From Takakia lepidozioides (taxonomy: Eukaryota; Plantae; Bryophyta), in contig CM060731.1 in NCBI GenBank assembly GCA_030704615.1, positions 1 to 64,000 on the forward strand: DNA of 64,000 nt. The letters run 5' to 3'. A model generated the notes under the pieces. The model made no database searches and was not told where the DNA came from. It saw nothing but the letters and a program-made list of their open reading frames with translations. Within the stretch, counting starts at the first letter, position 1, and every line of letters starts with the position of its first letter. Positions 38,491 to 51,045 of this stretch are shown piece by piece. The translations under genes were made by a program, and so were the position numbers.

Positions 38491-39449
38491 TTGAATTGCA
38501 ATTTGTCCGTGCGCGGATGGATACGCTAGCTTGTCGCCCTCCCTGTTGAAACCAAAAACTACATGGCCACAACTTAGGACCAAAAATGCTACATATCACA
38601 AAGAATAATGTGACCGCCTTGTGACAGCAATCCATGTGACAGCTGGTATCATATCTCTGATGCAAGAGTTGCAAACCAGGATACCCCGCTTTAAGTTACA
38701 AAGAGTTCGCCTAAAAAGCCATTCAGGACAATTGATGAGGGTGCAAATACATATTGTCAGTAAATCAAGTCTTGGCACCACGTGATCCAGTATCACATTC
38801 AAGCCCTACATACACTGTTTCTAAGGCACGGATGGTTGAAATACAAAATCAGGGCTCAAATGGTAAGTTCAATTCCAAACGTGAGAGCGACCGTGCTGAG
38901 CAATCCCTCTCTTCCAGGCTGATCCTGACCAGATGACTTGAGCACTGACGAAGAACCTCATTCTCTTTTTTCCTCCTCATCAGAGGAACCAAGCTCCACA
39001 TGGGCAGTCCTGGAAAAGCCATATGAGCTTCAGATCAGTAACATTACTTGAATCTAGTTGTACTACATGGACCCCAATTTTGGTATGTACTAACCAGTTG
39101 GATCCCTCGAGATAAATTACTACAACAGCCACCCTTAATACATAAGCTTCGACTACTCTGTTGACGTGCTTACAGTAAGTAGCTACTTTGCACTCTAAAC
39201 AACACTGAAGACGACATCTTGCACAAGAGGTACCAGACTCCATACTGGTGTTCCTCCCAATGCATCTGCCTCACGTGTTCTCTTTCCACGGCCTACTCTT
39301 CCCACAGTTTTTCTGGCGGGTGCCTGCAAGAGAGACAAGCACCATAATTTGTGCATCTGAATGGATCACTGAATCACAAAATGCAATACACAGATGGGGT
39401 ACGTCTAAAAACTACATATTTGCACACACGTGCTCGTCATGAGAATATA

Positions 39450-40060
39450 CTCATTTCAGATGTCAGCTTTGACCTCCTTGCCTTTCCTTGGGCTGGCATG
39501 TGCTAGCATGCCTTGAGAACAGAAATGAATGTGATCCGATTGGGTGTCACCCCTTCATGTATCATTTGATCATAGAGTTTGATGCCCTTCCTGCCATTCC
39601 CATGCTTGGCATATCGTGCCATCACTATATTCCACCCAAACAAATTCCCTTCAGGCATTTTGTCAAACCCTCGGCATGCATCCGCCATGCTTCCACACTT
39701 GGTATACATGTTGACAAGGGTGTTTAGAGGAAAGAGTTTTGTCTTGAAGCCAATTGCAATAATGCGGTCATGAACCTGCTTTCCTAGGTCTACATTCTCA
39801 ATCTAAGTGCACTCTCGCAATAGATAAACATAAGTATTTGAGTCTGCCGGAATGCCTCCTTGGTTCGATATGTCCCACACCGCTTTGAGTTGTGCTGGCT
39901 TACATAAGATCTTATATAAGTGTGCCAGAGGAGTTCTTATTTCCTCCTCCGCTTGGTCCTGTCTCAAAAGCAGTTGTCACGGTGGGAGGCGAAGCGGATT
40001 CCGACCACTGTACCTGATTCAACCCTGCTATCCTGCACGACTCAATACCTTTGGTTACAC
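39450..40060 (-). pseudogene. 5' part of a PLS-class PPR gene
   Basis: NTLVNMYTKCGS...EGVTPNRITFISVLKAC, with an in-frame stop. The exon starts after acceptor tttttcag. Confidence 0.85.
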
Positions 40061-40559
40061 TGAAAAACCACATAAATCTATACCAGAGCTCCTACATACT
40101 TCAGAAAAACAGATCTTCAGTGCAGGGTTTCTTGGTGGGTTTCTTGGTTTCTGACAAATAAGTTGTTTTCGTCGGCGGTTGAGTGCTCGTTTCTTTCTCC
40201 TCAATGAATACCTATCCATATCACACACTATGAGGTTCATGCTTGCAAAAACATGTATGTTGTTCCTGCTGCAATACGGAGACTATCATTTTCTATCAAG
40301 TAACTTCTGAAACCTGTGCTCAGCACAAGGGAGGGAAGCAAATCTCTCTCTCTCAGTCAAGATCTGACTCTGCTCCTTTTGGGTTAGGCCTCTTGCACCT
40401 CAAATCGGGTCCGCTGGCATGAATCTGCACCCACATTCCTTTCCTCCTTCACCTATCGCTGCATCCTCAATGGCCCCTTCCACAGAAACCAACCAACCCT
40501 ATCGCCGCCCCTGTACCAACATACAGATGGAACGCGAAGCCGACATTATCAAATAATAA

Positions 40560-41060
40560 AACCAATCCAACTCGGGACCGCCAACTTCTGTGGTCCCGTC
40601 TATATTTTTTGCAAAAAGCACCACAAACGGAAAATACTGCAGCTACAATCCGCACGCCACGCCACCCGCCCGCACCCGAAAAGTTTTATTGAAAAAACAA
40701 AACCCATAAACGCGACCGGCGAGGTGTCTCTAGGAAATTATTTGCGCTCGCCCTTAGCGGCGGTCGCCCACTTCAACCACAGGGCGGGCGACCGCCTCGC
40801 CGGTCGCGTCGTCGGGTCCCCACATTCATTGCAGTAAATGAGAAAACCCAATTTCGAGACTGTCCCTGTGGCGGTCCACACAGTCTTTTCTGTGATTGCC
40901 CAAACCCGCTATTTCAGGACCGCCACTTCAGCGGTCACCTCATTAAATTTCTAAATTGGGAATCCCGCTATTTCGGGACCGCCACTGTGGCGGGTCCCAT
41001 ATTAAAATTTTATTCGGAAAACCCCGCTAATTCGGGGCCGCCACTGTGGCGGTCCCCATA
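40560..41060. repeat. Array of GGGACCGCC-N-GGCGGTCCC interrupted palindromes
   Basis: For example gggaccgccactgtggcgggtccc (~40975) and ggggccgccactgtggcggtcccc (~41034). Confidence 0.85.
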
Positions 41061-41145
41061 TTATAATTTTTTTTTCGGAAAACCCTGATATAGCGCAGAT
41101 GTCGCGGTCGTCAACGGCCGAGATTGACCGGTCGGTCGCGCCGCG

Positions 41146-41215
41146 ACACGTGCCGCGTCCCCACTGCGGCGCCTGTCCGTCATTGCCGAGTCCTGCAGCG
41201 GGTATAGAAGGGCCC
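41146..41215 (+). promoter_or_regulatory. Candidate core promoter of the kinase ORF (CACGTG plus TATA-like)
   Basis: cacgtg at ~41147 and tatagaag at ~41203. The inverted copy has tataaaag at the equivalent position (~62450-62458), about 140-180 bp upstream of the ATG. Confidence 0.45.
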
Positions 41216-41345
41216 AAAGCCCCATCACTTCTCACTTGGGATGCACCGCGTTCACTGCCCAAGACAACGCACGCACTAGGGGCTTGAGGTTTGTAGGGTA
41301 GGGGAGAAGTTTTCGAAATTTTCTGGTGTCATTTAGCGGCTGGCA

Positions 41346-42816
41346 ATGTCAGAATACACATCCAGTGAGGCCGTCGGAAGCTCTTCTGGAAGTAGCGGTA
41401 GGGGCAAAAAAAAGAAGCACTGGAGCCAGCGCAATAGCAATCTTCACAAAGAAGATTATCCTGGACCGAAGGCGTTGAAGACGGTGAGGGAGGTGGTACG
41501 CGACTACGTCATGAAAATGGACCATGCGCACTTGCAAAGTTCGTACATTTTCTACGGCCACGAAGGTTTCCTAAAGTTCCCGAATAATATGGAGAGAAGA
41601 ATGCGGGTGGCTATGGCAGGGGAGGAATGGGCCGAGGACAGGATAAAACCGAAATTCAATGAATGGGTGGAGAGTCGGGCACAAGATGCGACATGGAACA
41701 CAAAGCAACTCGTGGAAACAATTGTTAAGAGAACAACTGTCGGACGACCACCATCTTGGGAAACATATTTGTTTTCGCGTGTGGATTGGTGGAAAGGTAT
41801 GTCGACGACTTATTCGAAGAACAAAACCAGGAATGCCCCTTGGAGGGCGGAGAGGTCGGCGCCCAACGATGGTCGCGCTATCATCTCGATCAACAAAAAC
41901 GCAACCGTTGTCCAGACAAGGCCAAAGAAGGTAGTTATGGTCGAGTCCGGAAGGTGAGAATTGATGGTGACCGTAGGGTTTCTACGACATGGGCTTTAGC
42001 GGGGAAAATGCCCACACATTCTAATGCAGAAACTGCCAAACGAGAGTTTGAGCATAAGGCCATGGCAGTGCGACTCTCCCACTTTGGAGTTATCAAGTTT
42101 CTTGCTGCGCATCCCCAGACGTACGAAGGGTACTCAATATGGTGGAATGGGGGGACCATACGTGAAATGTTGGCAAAAATGGTCCAGCGATGAGAGGGAC
42201 CACCGAGAATTACTGAGAATGAATGGGACACCAAAGGATGTGGAGGAAGTGTACATGATGGTGCGGTTTCGACGCCAACGCACAAAATTGGCATGGGCTC
42301 TTCTACACATCGTCTCAGAAGTGCACAAGAATCACATCATGCACAACGACATATCCCTTGACAATATTCTCCTGCATTTTCCGTATTGTAGCGAAGATGT
42401 GTATATTGGGTTGTGTGATTGGGGAATGTCATCGTCAACGGAGGCCTCCAAGACATCACAATATATTTATCCCAGCAAAGATGAGAGGGAACGCGCGCTG
42501 CGTCACAGATGGTGGATAGCACCAAAACTTGCGGTTGTCCACAGTTCAGCAAACGACCAAGTGAATGGAACACCATTTAGGCTTCCATAGCATGGCTGCG
42601 GAGACATTTGCTGTTGGCAAAATTGCACAACAAATTCATGACAACAACCAAATGGATGTTAAGCTGTTCACAGATTCTTCCATGGGCAATTTTTTTACTA
42701 ATGCACTAGATGGGCTTACCGAAAACTGCGCGAAGATTTGTCTTACCTTAGCGAAGGTTATCAGGCATTTCATGGATGGGCCATATATGCATTGGCCTAT
42801 CCCCACCGAATGCTAA
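41346..42816 (+). pseudogene. Intronless atypical protein kinase with ~190-aa unrecognised N-terminal domain (copy 1)
   Basis: KEGSYGRV, LAGK, HNDISLDN, DWG, WIAP(K). Three frameshifts (~41910, ~42175, ~42580). Confidence 0.85.
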
Positions 42817-45499
42817 CTAAAAACCATGAAACCTAAGCATCACTTTTTGGGTACCCGAGATGTATATAGGATGGAATAGACCATAGTTTCATACACATTA
42901 GTTTTGCGGCTGTAGCATCGCAGACAAATCTGTATTTTGATCATGCATGAACTTAATAAATTGTCTTTGTAAATATTAAATTGCATATGATCGAGCCTTA
43001 CACGTGGCATTTCAATGAGATTGTTTGTGTACGCTCTCACTGTCTATATGTTCCTACACCGGGTTCGTACATATCCATGTTGCCTTACATAGTGCCTTGA
43101 AAAGAGCTCTTGTTGGGTCGGTCTCTTGGTCCTCTTTCCAAAACAGTGATGCTGGTGCAAACCCTTAACTTTTAGTCGGGCTGCAATCCACTAAAGAAGT
43201 GTATGATTCAACCGTGCCATCTTGCATGACTCAACTCTTACTTGAAAACCTTTGCTCTCTATTGCACCTATTGTATCGTATTTTGGATCGAAGATACTTC
43301 CTATAAACACTCTTCTTGTGAACAGTGTTACTGTTAAATTCACACATTTTTCATAACAACTGGAGTACTAAACATTGGGAATAGACTGCACCAACGCATC
43401 AAAACGTATTGACCGGTGTGAATGCGACGACAGGAAATAATACGGTCATCAGCTTGCAAGGCTGTTACTGAAACGAACCATGGGCTTGGGGGACAAGAAA
43501 ACATGAAGGCGAATGTCAATGTGTGGGCTCATAAAGAGGTACATCTTTTTCCATCACCCGAACAGCAGCTTCAACGGACAGCATACAGACGTAGCATGAT
43601 TGTCGTTTTCTTGGCGACTTAGTTGTGCTCCACCAATTGCACCCTTTCATTGACCGTTTGCTCCAAGATGGACTCCCGTTTGTTGTCGCCAAATGATTAA
43701 GAGTTGTCAGACACCAATATATCTTTCAGCAACAGGAACCAACCACAAATCCACATGAAGGACTGAAGATCATGTACTCTCGGCTGGAAAACACACATAC
43801 ATAGCATGAGATATGGAACAATTCAACAATTCTGGATAGTCATCTAATGGTCGGCACCATGGTTTTGTCGAATGATCATGCTTTCAAACAACGTTTCTGA
43901 CTCCTTTATCTCCGTAACATGTTCTTCATCATAACATCGCTTGATCACATCATCTTATTGATCTTCATAACATCTTCTTGAATACATGTCGCGATATTTT
44001 ATTCGGTTATCCATTAATCAATTCTTGGGTGACAATATTACTGCCTTGTCTAACTTATCTTCATTCTCTGTATCTCATGAAAACTTCACAATTCAGTCAC
44101 CACAAAATAGAAACATTTGAGCCAAAGAAATGGAACTCATTCTTATCATAAGGTATCTAAATCTGACATAAGGCATCGGCTACAGGGGACCGGCAAACAA
44201 GAGTAATGTGCATTGACCGGATCATGTATAAGGTGTACATGTCTATTCCAGCAAGCAGTCTTACCAGGGCCTAGCTCAAAATTTCAGCATTCAGAAGCCC
44301 TATAGATGTTCTATGCTTATCTCAGGTACCTTCAAGGATGTCTTACTCTCCATGCCCAATTAGCCAACATATTTTTGCTGGAGAAGATCTTACCTTATGA
44401 AGACTTGCTTGCTCCACACCATGGTCATGGCGGGAGAGGAGGCTGATATCTCATGGCTTTGGCCTTCCCATAGGTTGCGAGTGGCAGACTATACCTCTAT
44501 AGGTGTACAAATGTAGATTTTAGGGTACCACCTCTGCAAAGACATTCGCACTGAATGGCAGACTACACGTCAGCCTCATATCCTGTTCTTACTTCACCTT
44601 CGCCCCTCACACGTGTGCATCGTTCCACGACAAGTTTCCTTATGTTACATGTATGTGAAAAATGGACGTGGACGACACAAACGCACTTAGCATGTTGCGA
44701 TGAGAAGGCGTCTCTACGAATTATGTTATAGTTATGAAAGTAGGCCCGGGGACGTGCAAAGATAGAAGAGTCACGTCCTCAGGCATACTTGCAAAAATTT
44801 AACATAATTCGTTAAGAGGCAATCTCTTCACGAAATGCAAGGTACGTTTCTCTCGTCCACATCCACTTTCCACACACTTGTAACATAATATACAACCGGA
44901 GGAGCCTCCCCAGATGGTGAAAGACAGAATCCTGGGTCGAATTTCCGCATCACCTTGCAACTATGCTATTCCATATTCTTGCAAAACTGAGGAACAATAG
45001 ATGTCTAAGGTAATTACAACCATTCTGCGCCGGCACTACTACCTCCCACACCCCCTCGGGCACAAATCTGAACTATCTGTAGCGTCGAAAGGCTTGAAAT
45101 GAGAAGAGTATCGAAGGCAAGACCAATACAATTGCCGATCCAAAAACCATGTATAACTGATATCCTCGCATCCCGGGCCAGATGTTGTCTTCGAAGATAT
45201 GCAATACTTCTTGCATAATAGTGCCTCAAACACACGCTCTCTGTGCCCTACAGCCCACAATCACTGTTGATCTGTTGGTCTCTGTTACTGTGGAATCCAA
45301 CGGGCCTCCTTCATTTTGGGATGATTGCCTCCATGTCCCGAGCTTGCATCCCACCAGCCATGGGCGGCCACTTCAACAATCGCCCACCGAAACAAAATAC
45401 TGGGCGATGGCTTTTGGGTCCTACCTTGACAAAGGCGAACGCAGCGAATGAGAACTACGCATCACCGTCACATGCTTCACCTACATAACGGGCGACAGC

Positions 45500-46090
45500 T
45501 GTTGGCCGTCGCCCTTTTAAAGATGATAATGGGCGACTGTCGCAACGGTCGCAACGGTCGCCCGTCTAAAGAACACCGATGTAAAGTTAAGGTGATATCT
45601 CTGAAGTGATGTACATATTCAATGAAAGACCCTGCCTCTGCTGTGTCGTTGGAACAGGGCATGGACTTACAGGCGATACCACGGCAGGGATATAAATAGT
45701 GGATTCCAGAGTATACCTCTGCTGGTGTATGCAACAGGGTGACGATTTGCAGGTGATACCCCTGAAAGGGTGTGCGCTGCGAGTGCCGTTCTTCGAGACA
45801 CCCACAGGGCTGACGAAGCGTACCGATTTCCTGGGCGGTCCACATCGGCGCTCGGCGTTCCGGGCAGGCGGTCCGGGATGGCTGTCCGGGCTGGCGGTCC
45901 TCGGTGGGGCCCGCGGGTGGGCCGCAAGAGAATGGGCGATGGGCGGGGCCGTTGCCCGGCGGGTCGGGAAGTGGACAGAGTGACGGTGGGCGATGGCTTC
46001 GTCGGTCGCCTCTACGGCGGGGCGGTCGCCCAGGGTTAGAATGAGAGTGCCGGGCAACCGGCGGTGGCCTGAGGAGTCCCGTGGGCCCAC
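45500..46090. repeat. GC-rich GGCGGTC/GGTCGCC motif cluster, possible far end of the kinase-bearing element
   Basis: Repeated ggcggtcc and cggtcgcc motifs like those at 40560-41060. No exact TIR identified. Confidence 0.4.
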
Positions 46091-46539
46091 TTACCCGCAA
46101 TAAAATACTCATGTGTGGCATGAGATCATCTGAAATCATGGATCTGATATTATGACATGGTATGTGTGGCATGACCATGTAATATGAATGCCTCTTGGAA
46201 ATGGACGGTAGGATGGGAACAAGTGGGTTGTTGGGAAAGTAGGTTAATAACAGGTGGGATGTTGGGAACAAGTAGTTGTTAACAAGTGGGTTGTTGGGTA
46301 CAACTGGTTGTTAACATCTCGTTGTTATTAAATAACAACTCATTGCTATTTGATAACAACACGTTGTTATTTAATAACAACGACTTGTTAACAACCAGTA
46401 GTGGAGAAGCATATTTGGGTAGATGCTTTGGTTTGAAGCATCTTTTGGCACATCACGTTGATGTATTGAAGGGTGTAGATGTGGTCAAATGGTACACACT
46501 TAGTGAATACTTTTTGACCACATCTACACCCATAACAAA

Positions 46540-46606
46540 CCCTGTCACACCCATAACAACTCGTTGTGAAGAACATCGCGTTGATGTTGTTATGGGTGTG
46601 ACAGGG
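46540..46606. repeat. Perfect 21-bp inverted repeat, 25-nt spacer
   Basis: ccctgtcacacccataacaac / gttgttatgggtgtgacaggg. Confidence 0.9.
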
Positions 46607-47265
46607 ACAGCGACGGATCGGAACAGGGACAGGGTTTGTGGTAAAAAAGTATTCCATATTCCTCTTCTTCTTCAATTTATCTCTTTCTATCCGGTCCTGC
46701 ACTGCGAGGAGTTATGTCTCTGTCGGTACCAAATCTGAGGCTGCTGAGGTCTCTGTGGGGCGCAAATCGCTTTCCCAGGCGCTTTCTTGCATTGAATACC
46801 AGTGGCCGACCAGCTGGGGAATCTTTGGTCTTCCTTGCTCGGAGCTCTTCTTGGTGATCTGTCTTCTAATCGTATCTTCTCGAGTTGGATGCCCTTCGTT
46901 TATTTACAATAAATGCAAGCTCCGGATACTCCGAATTGTGGGATGTCACGAGAGTAGGCTCTGTTTCTGCGTAGCGGATACAGGTAACGTTCGTGTCCTA
47001 GTTTTTGCTGTGGATTCATTAAATGAGGCAGGTAAGGGTGACTGGAGCTGCATCTGTAGGGGAGATCAGAATGCGGAGGGATGAGATTCAAGAGATCTTG
47101 GATGTGAAGCACTCCTAACATTCGTGTATCCATGAACTAGCTCACTCCGGGACATGGGGGGCGATGCTAATAGAGAAGTTGGAGACGGCCTGATTGGGAC
47201 ATACCACAGTGTTTCCCTTCCTCTGTTGTGTACGTGGAATTGGAAGTCCCTGGGGGTGTAGGGGG

Positions 47266-50197
47266 ATGAAGCTCAAATGGGTGAAACGAGTTGTGTCTGT
47301 GTTGGTTGTGTTGAATGTAGTGCAACTGCTCATATTTTTCTTTCAGTCATCTGAGAGTCCCAAGACGCCCACCAAGTCATCATACCCAGCTTTTAGACAG
47401 GGTCCTGGGAAGTCCTGGCAAAATTTGCCCTCATTTGCCTCATGGTCAACAAATACAGATCTTCCCCCAAACTCTTGTGAGGCTTTCTTTGGCAACGGAT
47501 TCACTCAAACATTCCATTTGCTGACACCAGTGGCTCAGCCCCTGTTGTATCCTACTTTGAAGGGAAGAAAAAATACACAGAACTTCCTCCAGAGGTTGGT
47601 GGGACGAAGAGGTCTTAGGCGGTTGCAGCTGAATGAGGCTGACAAGTTGAAGCCAGGGGATGTCTATGAACCTGGTCTTCGAACTTCGGAGACAGGAGGA
47701 AAGCCCACCACTGCAAGATGGTTTGTTTCGATGCTTTTTCAGTGAGACATTGCAAACATCTGTTTGTGAAGGAAGACATATGATAATGGACCCCAAACAT
47801 ATAAAGATGTCCAAAGGTGGGGAGCCCTTGGATTCTGTTATTGGACGGGATGAGGAAGAGGAGCTCCCCTACTTCACATCTGGCGCTTTCCAAGTCATGG
47901 TCGCTGAGAAAGGGAAGAGAAGGCTTCTGTTCAACAAGACTATGCTGGACCATCTCATCCCACGGGGTCAAGTGCAGGATCACACATTACAACACTTGTT
48001 TGAACAGATCCGCACTGTTCCTTTGGATGAGGTCGTTTGTGATCAAGTATGCTCTACCCTTGTTCAATTCTCCTGACTGCTGAACTTCTTTGTTCCTAAG
48101 CACAAAATTTTGTCATCCTCAAATAGAAGAGAAGCCTCGTTCCTTTTCCACTACGGTGAGTAGTTCACTTGTAGGTTTTGATCTCAGTACTTCTGTGTGG
48201 TTGCATCTGTGATCTCCCGTCTTTCTCATATACGGTCTTTCTCATATACGGTGCTCTGTTCCTTCTCTTGGAACCTCACGTCACTCTTCTGTTCTTCTTC
48301 TTCTTCTTTCGGACCGAGGACGATACACTTAAAGAGATTGACATCTGCTTGAACTGAGGCAAGAGTTTGTGCGGACCACTGTGGAGTTCTAAGGTCTGAC
48401 GTCAACCTTCCACACTGCCTGTATATGGAGATAAGATTTTGGATGCTTGCTGCCTGATTGCAGAGAGTTTCAGTGCCAACTTTGGTGGTGACCCGTTTTG
48501 AGTATGCCAACCTGTTTCATACCGTCACCGATTGGTACAGCGCATATATGACTTCCCGTATTGCTAACCTAGAGAACCGCCCATCTCTGCTTCTTGTGGA
48601 CGGACATTGCAAGGTAAGGGAACTGCACAGTTCAACCTCAGGGTGGTAGGTGTGGATGACGAATGAACTTGCACAGAGTCAAAACATCAACAAAGGGTCT
48701 AGAGGGTTGCAAGGTAAACCCTCAGGGTGGTAGGTGTGGATGAGGAATCAATTTGCATAAAGTCAGAACATCAACAAAACATACAGGGTCCCACTTTTGG
48801 ACGTGGGCAGACAAGAGAGGCCTCAATTGGGTTCAGGGTAGGTAGGTGTTTTATGTTGCACAGTTTGTTTCAGATTGGTCTGACGAGCCTCTCCTGCTTT
48901 AAATAGGAGACATCAGCAAAGCAGATGGATCTTTTGGCACTCTTAATGCAAACCTGCTTAAGAGCAGAGTTACTATTCCTTGAACATATGTGGTTGTTCT
49001 GTTGGGTTATCACCGGGGCCTCCACCGTGTAGCCTCTCCCTGGATCACTCGCCCCACACAACCATAGCACTATCAACCCTGGTCATTGTGCATGGGGGAC
49101 AAGTGGAAAATCCAGGGGTGGTGACACTGGCCTTTAATTGTAGCTGGGAGAAACACTTGAGTAGTGTGAATGCTAGCTTTGCCAAATTAGTCAGCTTTGC
49201 TTTTGGAGTGTAGGACTCTGGTGTTGTGATCCATGAGCTGCGTTCCGAGTTGTTGGTTGTGGGCCACACCTTACCTCCTAAATGAAAGCTGAAAGACGTT
49301 TGTGGGGAAGCTACAAGCTCCTCAGCAACTAGCTATGCTGTATGACTGGTAGCAAATAGAAACTCTCTTTTCTCTCTTCAAACCCGTCATTTTTTCCATT
49401 TCTGTGTTGTTTGGCAGTCTCCCATGGATATTGGATGGCAAGCTCTGTTCAGTGGAGTGAACTTCGCCAAGCATTTCACGGGACCTATATGCTTTGATCA
49501 TCTCATTTTTGCACCCTTAGGATATGACAGCCCCCTTTTCAAAGGTCTCACTCCTGGCAATCCGGGGCTCGCTTGCCAGGGCTGTGGGGTTGAAGAGCTA
49601 CATGAGCCTAATGCATACAAGACTGCTCGGATGCGGGAATTTGGTGAAATGTTCATTTCATCGTTCAATTTCACCCCTAGGAAGGCCTCAGATAACAGCC
49701 CAGTAATCAAGGTTCTTTTTGTTCGACGAGAGGACTATTTGGCACACCCACGGCACACAGGAAAGCCCGAATCACGCCTCAGCAATGAAGAGGAGGTTTT
49801 GGAGGCACTAAACGCTTGGGCAGCGGACAGGAACCTCAAGGGTGGGGACGATAGTAAGCTAGCAGAAGGGGATGGAAAGAGGAGCAATGGATCAAAGATT
49901 AATGTTGTGAATGGGTTGCTTGCTCATATGACTATGAAAGAACAATTGCAGGAAGTGCAAGAAGCATCAATAATTGTGGGAGCACATGGTGCGGGCCTCT
50001 CACACATACTGTTTGCAAGGCCTGGAAAGACTGCCATCCTAGAACTTGTGAATCCATATTTTGCACGCCCACATTTCGCATATATGTCACAGTGGATGGG
50101 CATTCAGTATCACTCAATTCAGATGGGAGGCTCAGTGGCTGATTGTGCGGAAGTCATTGAGACCATAGACAGAATAAGCTACCAGATCTTTGGTTAA
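47266..50197 (+). CDS. XYLT: Beta-1,2-xylosyltransferase (GT61, N-glycan); exons 47266-48046, 48464-48613, 49418-50197
   Basis: N-terminal TM, SCEAFFGNGF, MSKGGEPL..VIGR.EEEELP, TRFEYANLFHTVTDWYSAY, FVRREDYLAHPRH, GAHGAGL. Phase-0 GT-AG introns. Exon 1 has one extra base relative to frame. Confidence 0.92.
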
Positions 50198-50831
50198 TGA
50201 AGTTACAGTACTCAGAAGCCAATCAGGGTACGGGTACTGGCATGCCAACAATTCTGGACTGGTCAGTCTCATGGACTTGGAAGGCTGGGCACAGGAAAGA
50301 ACATCTCCCTGCCAAATTAGCAGGGGATGAAATAGAAAAGGTGCATTTCACAGGACCGACTACTAAGGATGTGAGACACTGGTGGAAGGATGTATGAAAC
50401 AATGCAGGTCTGCACACATACATGTCCTCGTTGTGGAATAAAATTGAGATCCTGGCGGCGAAAGGATCTGTTCGAAGGATTATGCATTCAGGAACAAAGG
50501 AGTCTGCATGCAGACATTTCTGGAGTAGCTTATCAGAGCAAAGGGAAGAGACATGGAAGCTCTCTGACACATATTTGATCATTCCCTTCATCCAGTGCCC
50601 CATCACTCCAGACGAAGCAGTTTAGCAATCAAATCTTCTCAGTACTGGAGAGTGGGGCCTTGAGAAGGCCTGGGGTTTTGTTAGAGAAACGTTCGTGCTC
50701 TATCTGAGAAATAATTGGTAGGAGGTTACACATTCTTTCTGCAGCATTGCGAAGGACAGAGCTCTGTTGTGAGCGTCTTGGCACTCCGGTGCTTTTGTAA
50801 AATTATTTCAATGGTAGAGTGCATCAATCTG

Positions 50832-51045
50832 TAAAAATGGAGAAAGAAATGAAATGAACTGAAATGGTACTTTATAAAGTCTGCAGGAATCTCGGAGAGC
50901 TTATGGGACAAGCGGAAGAAAGAAACAAGAAAGAGAGAGGGGCCCAAAAACAACTAAAGGCCAAGGGATTGTCTAAGAGTCAACAATTCATGCAGGTAAA
51001 CTGCCAAGCTTTTCTGATCCCTGTAGATGGGGTACTCTGGAGTAG
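50832..51045 (-). mobile_element. 5'-truncated LINE 3' end (RTE-like), same family as 29296-29500
   Basis: Shared aaatggtactttat...gagcttatgggacaa...ctgccaagc..tctgatcc, with a (catttc) tail. Confidence 0.55.

Noticed and set aside
41346-42816. Endogenous giant-virus origin of the intronless kinase
   Set aside because: No viral hallmark genes are visible and gene density is low. It cannot be supported without a search.
43050-45480. Possible second decayed gene on the minus strand within the kinase cassette
   Set aside because: Only short coding-like stretches with many stops, and no recognisable motif.
45477-46271. 264-aa Pro/Arg-rich ORF
   Set aside because: Spurious open frame across a GC-rich repeat cluster.
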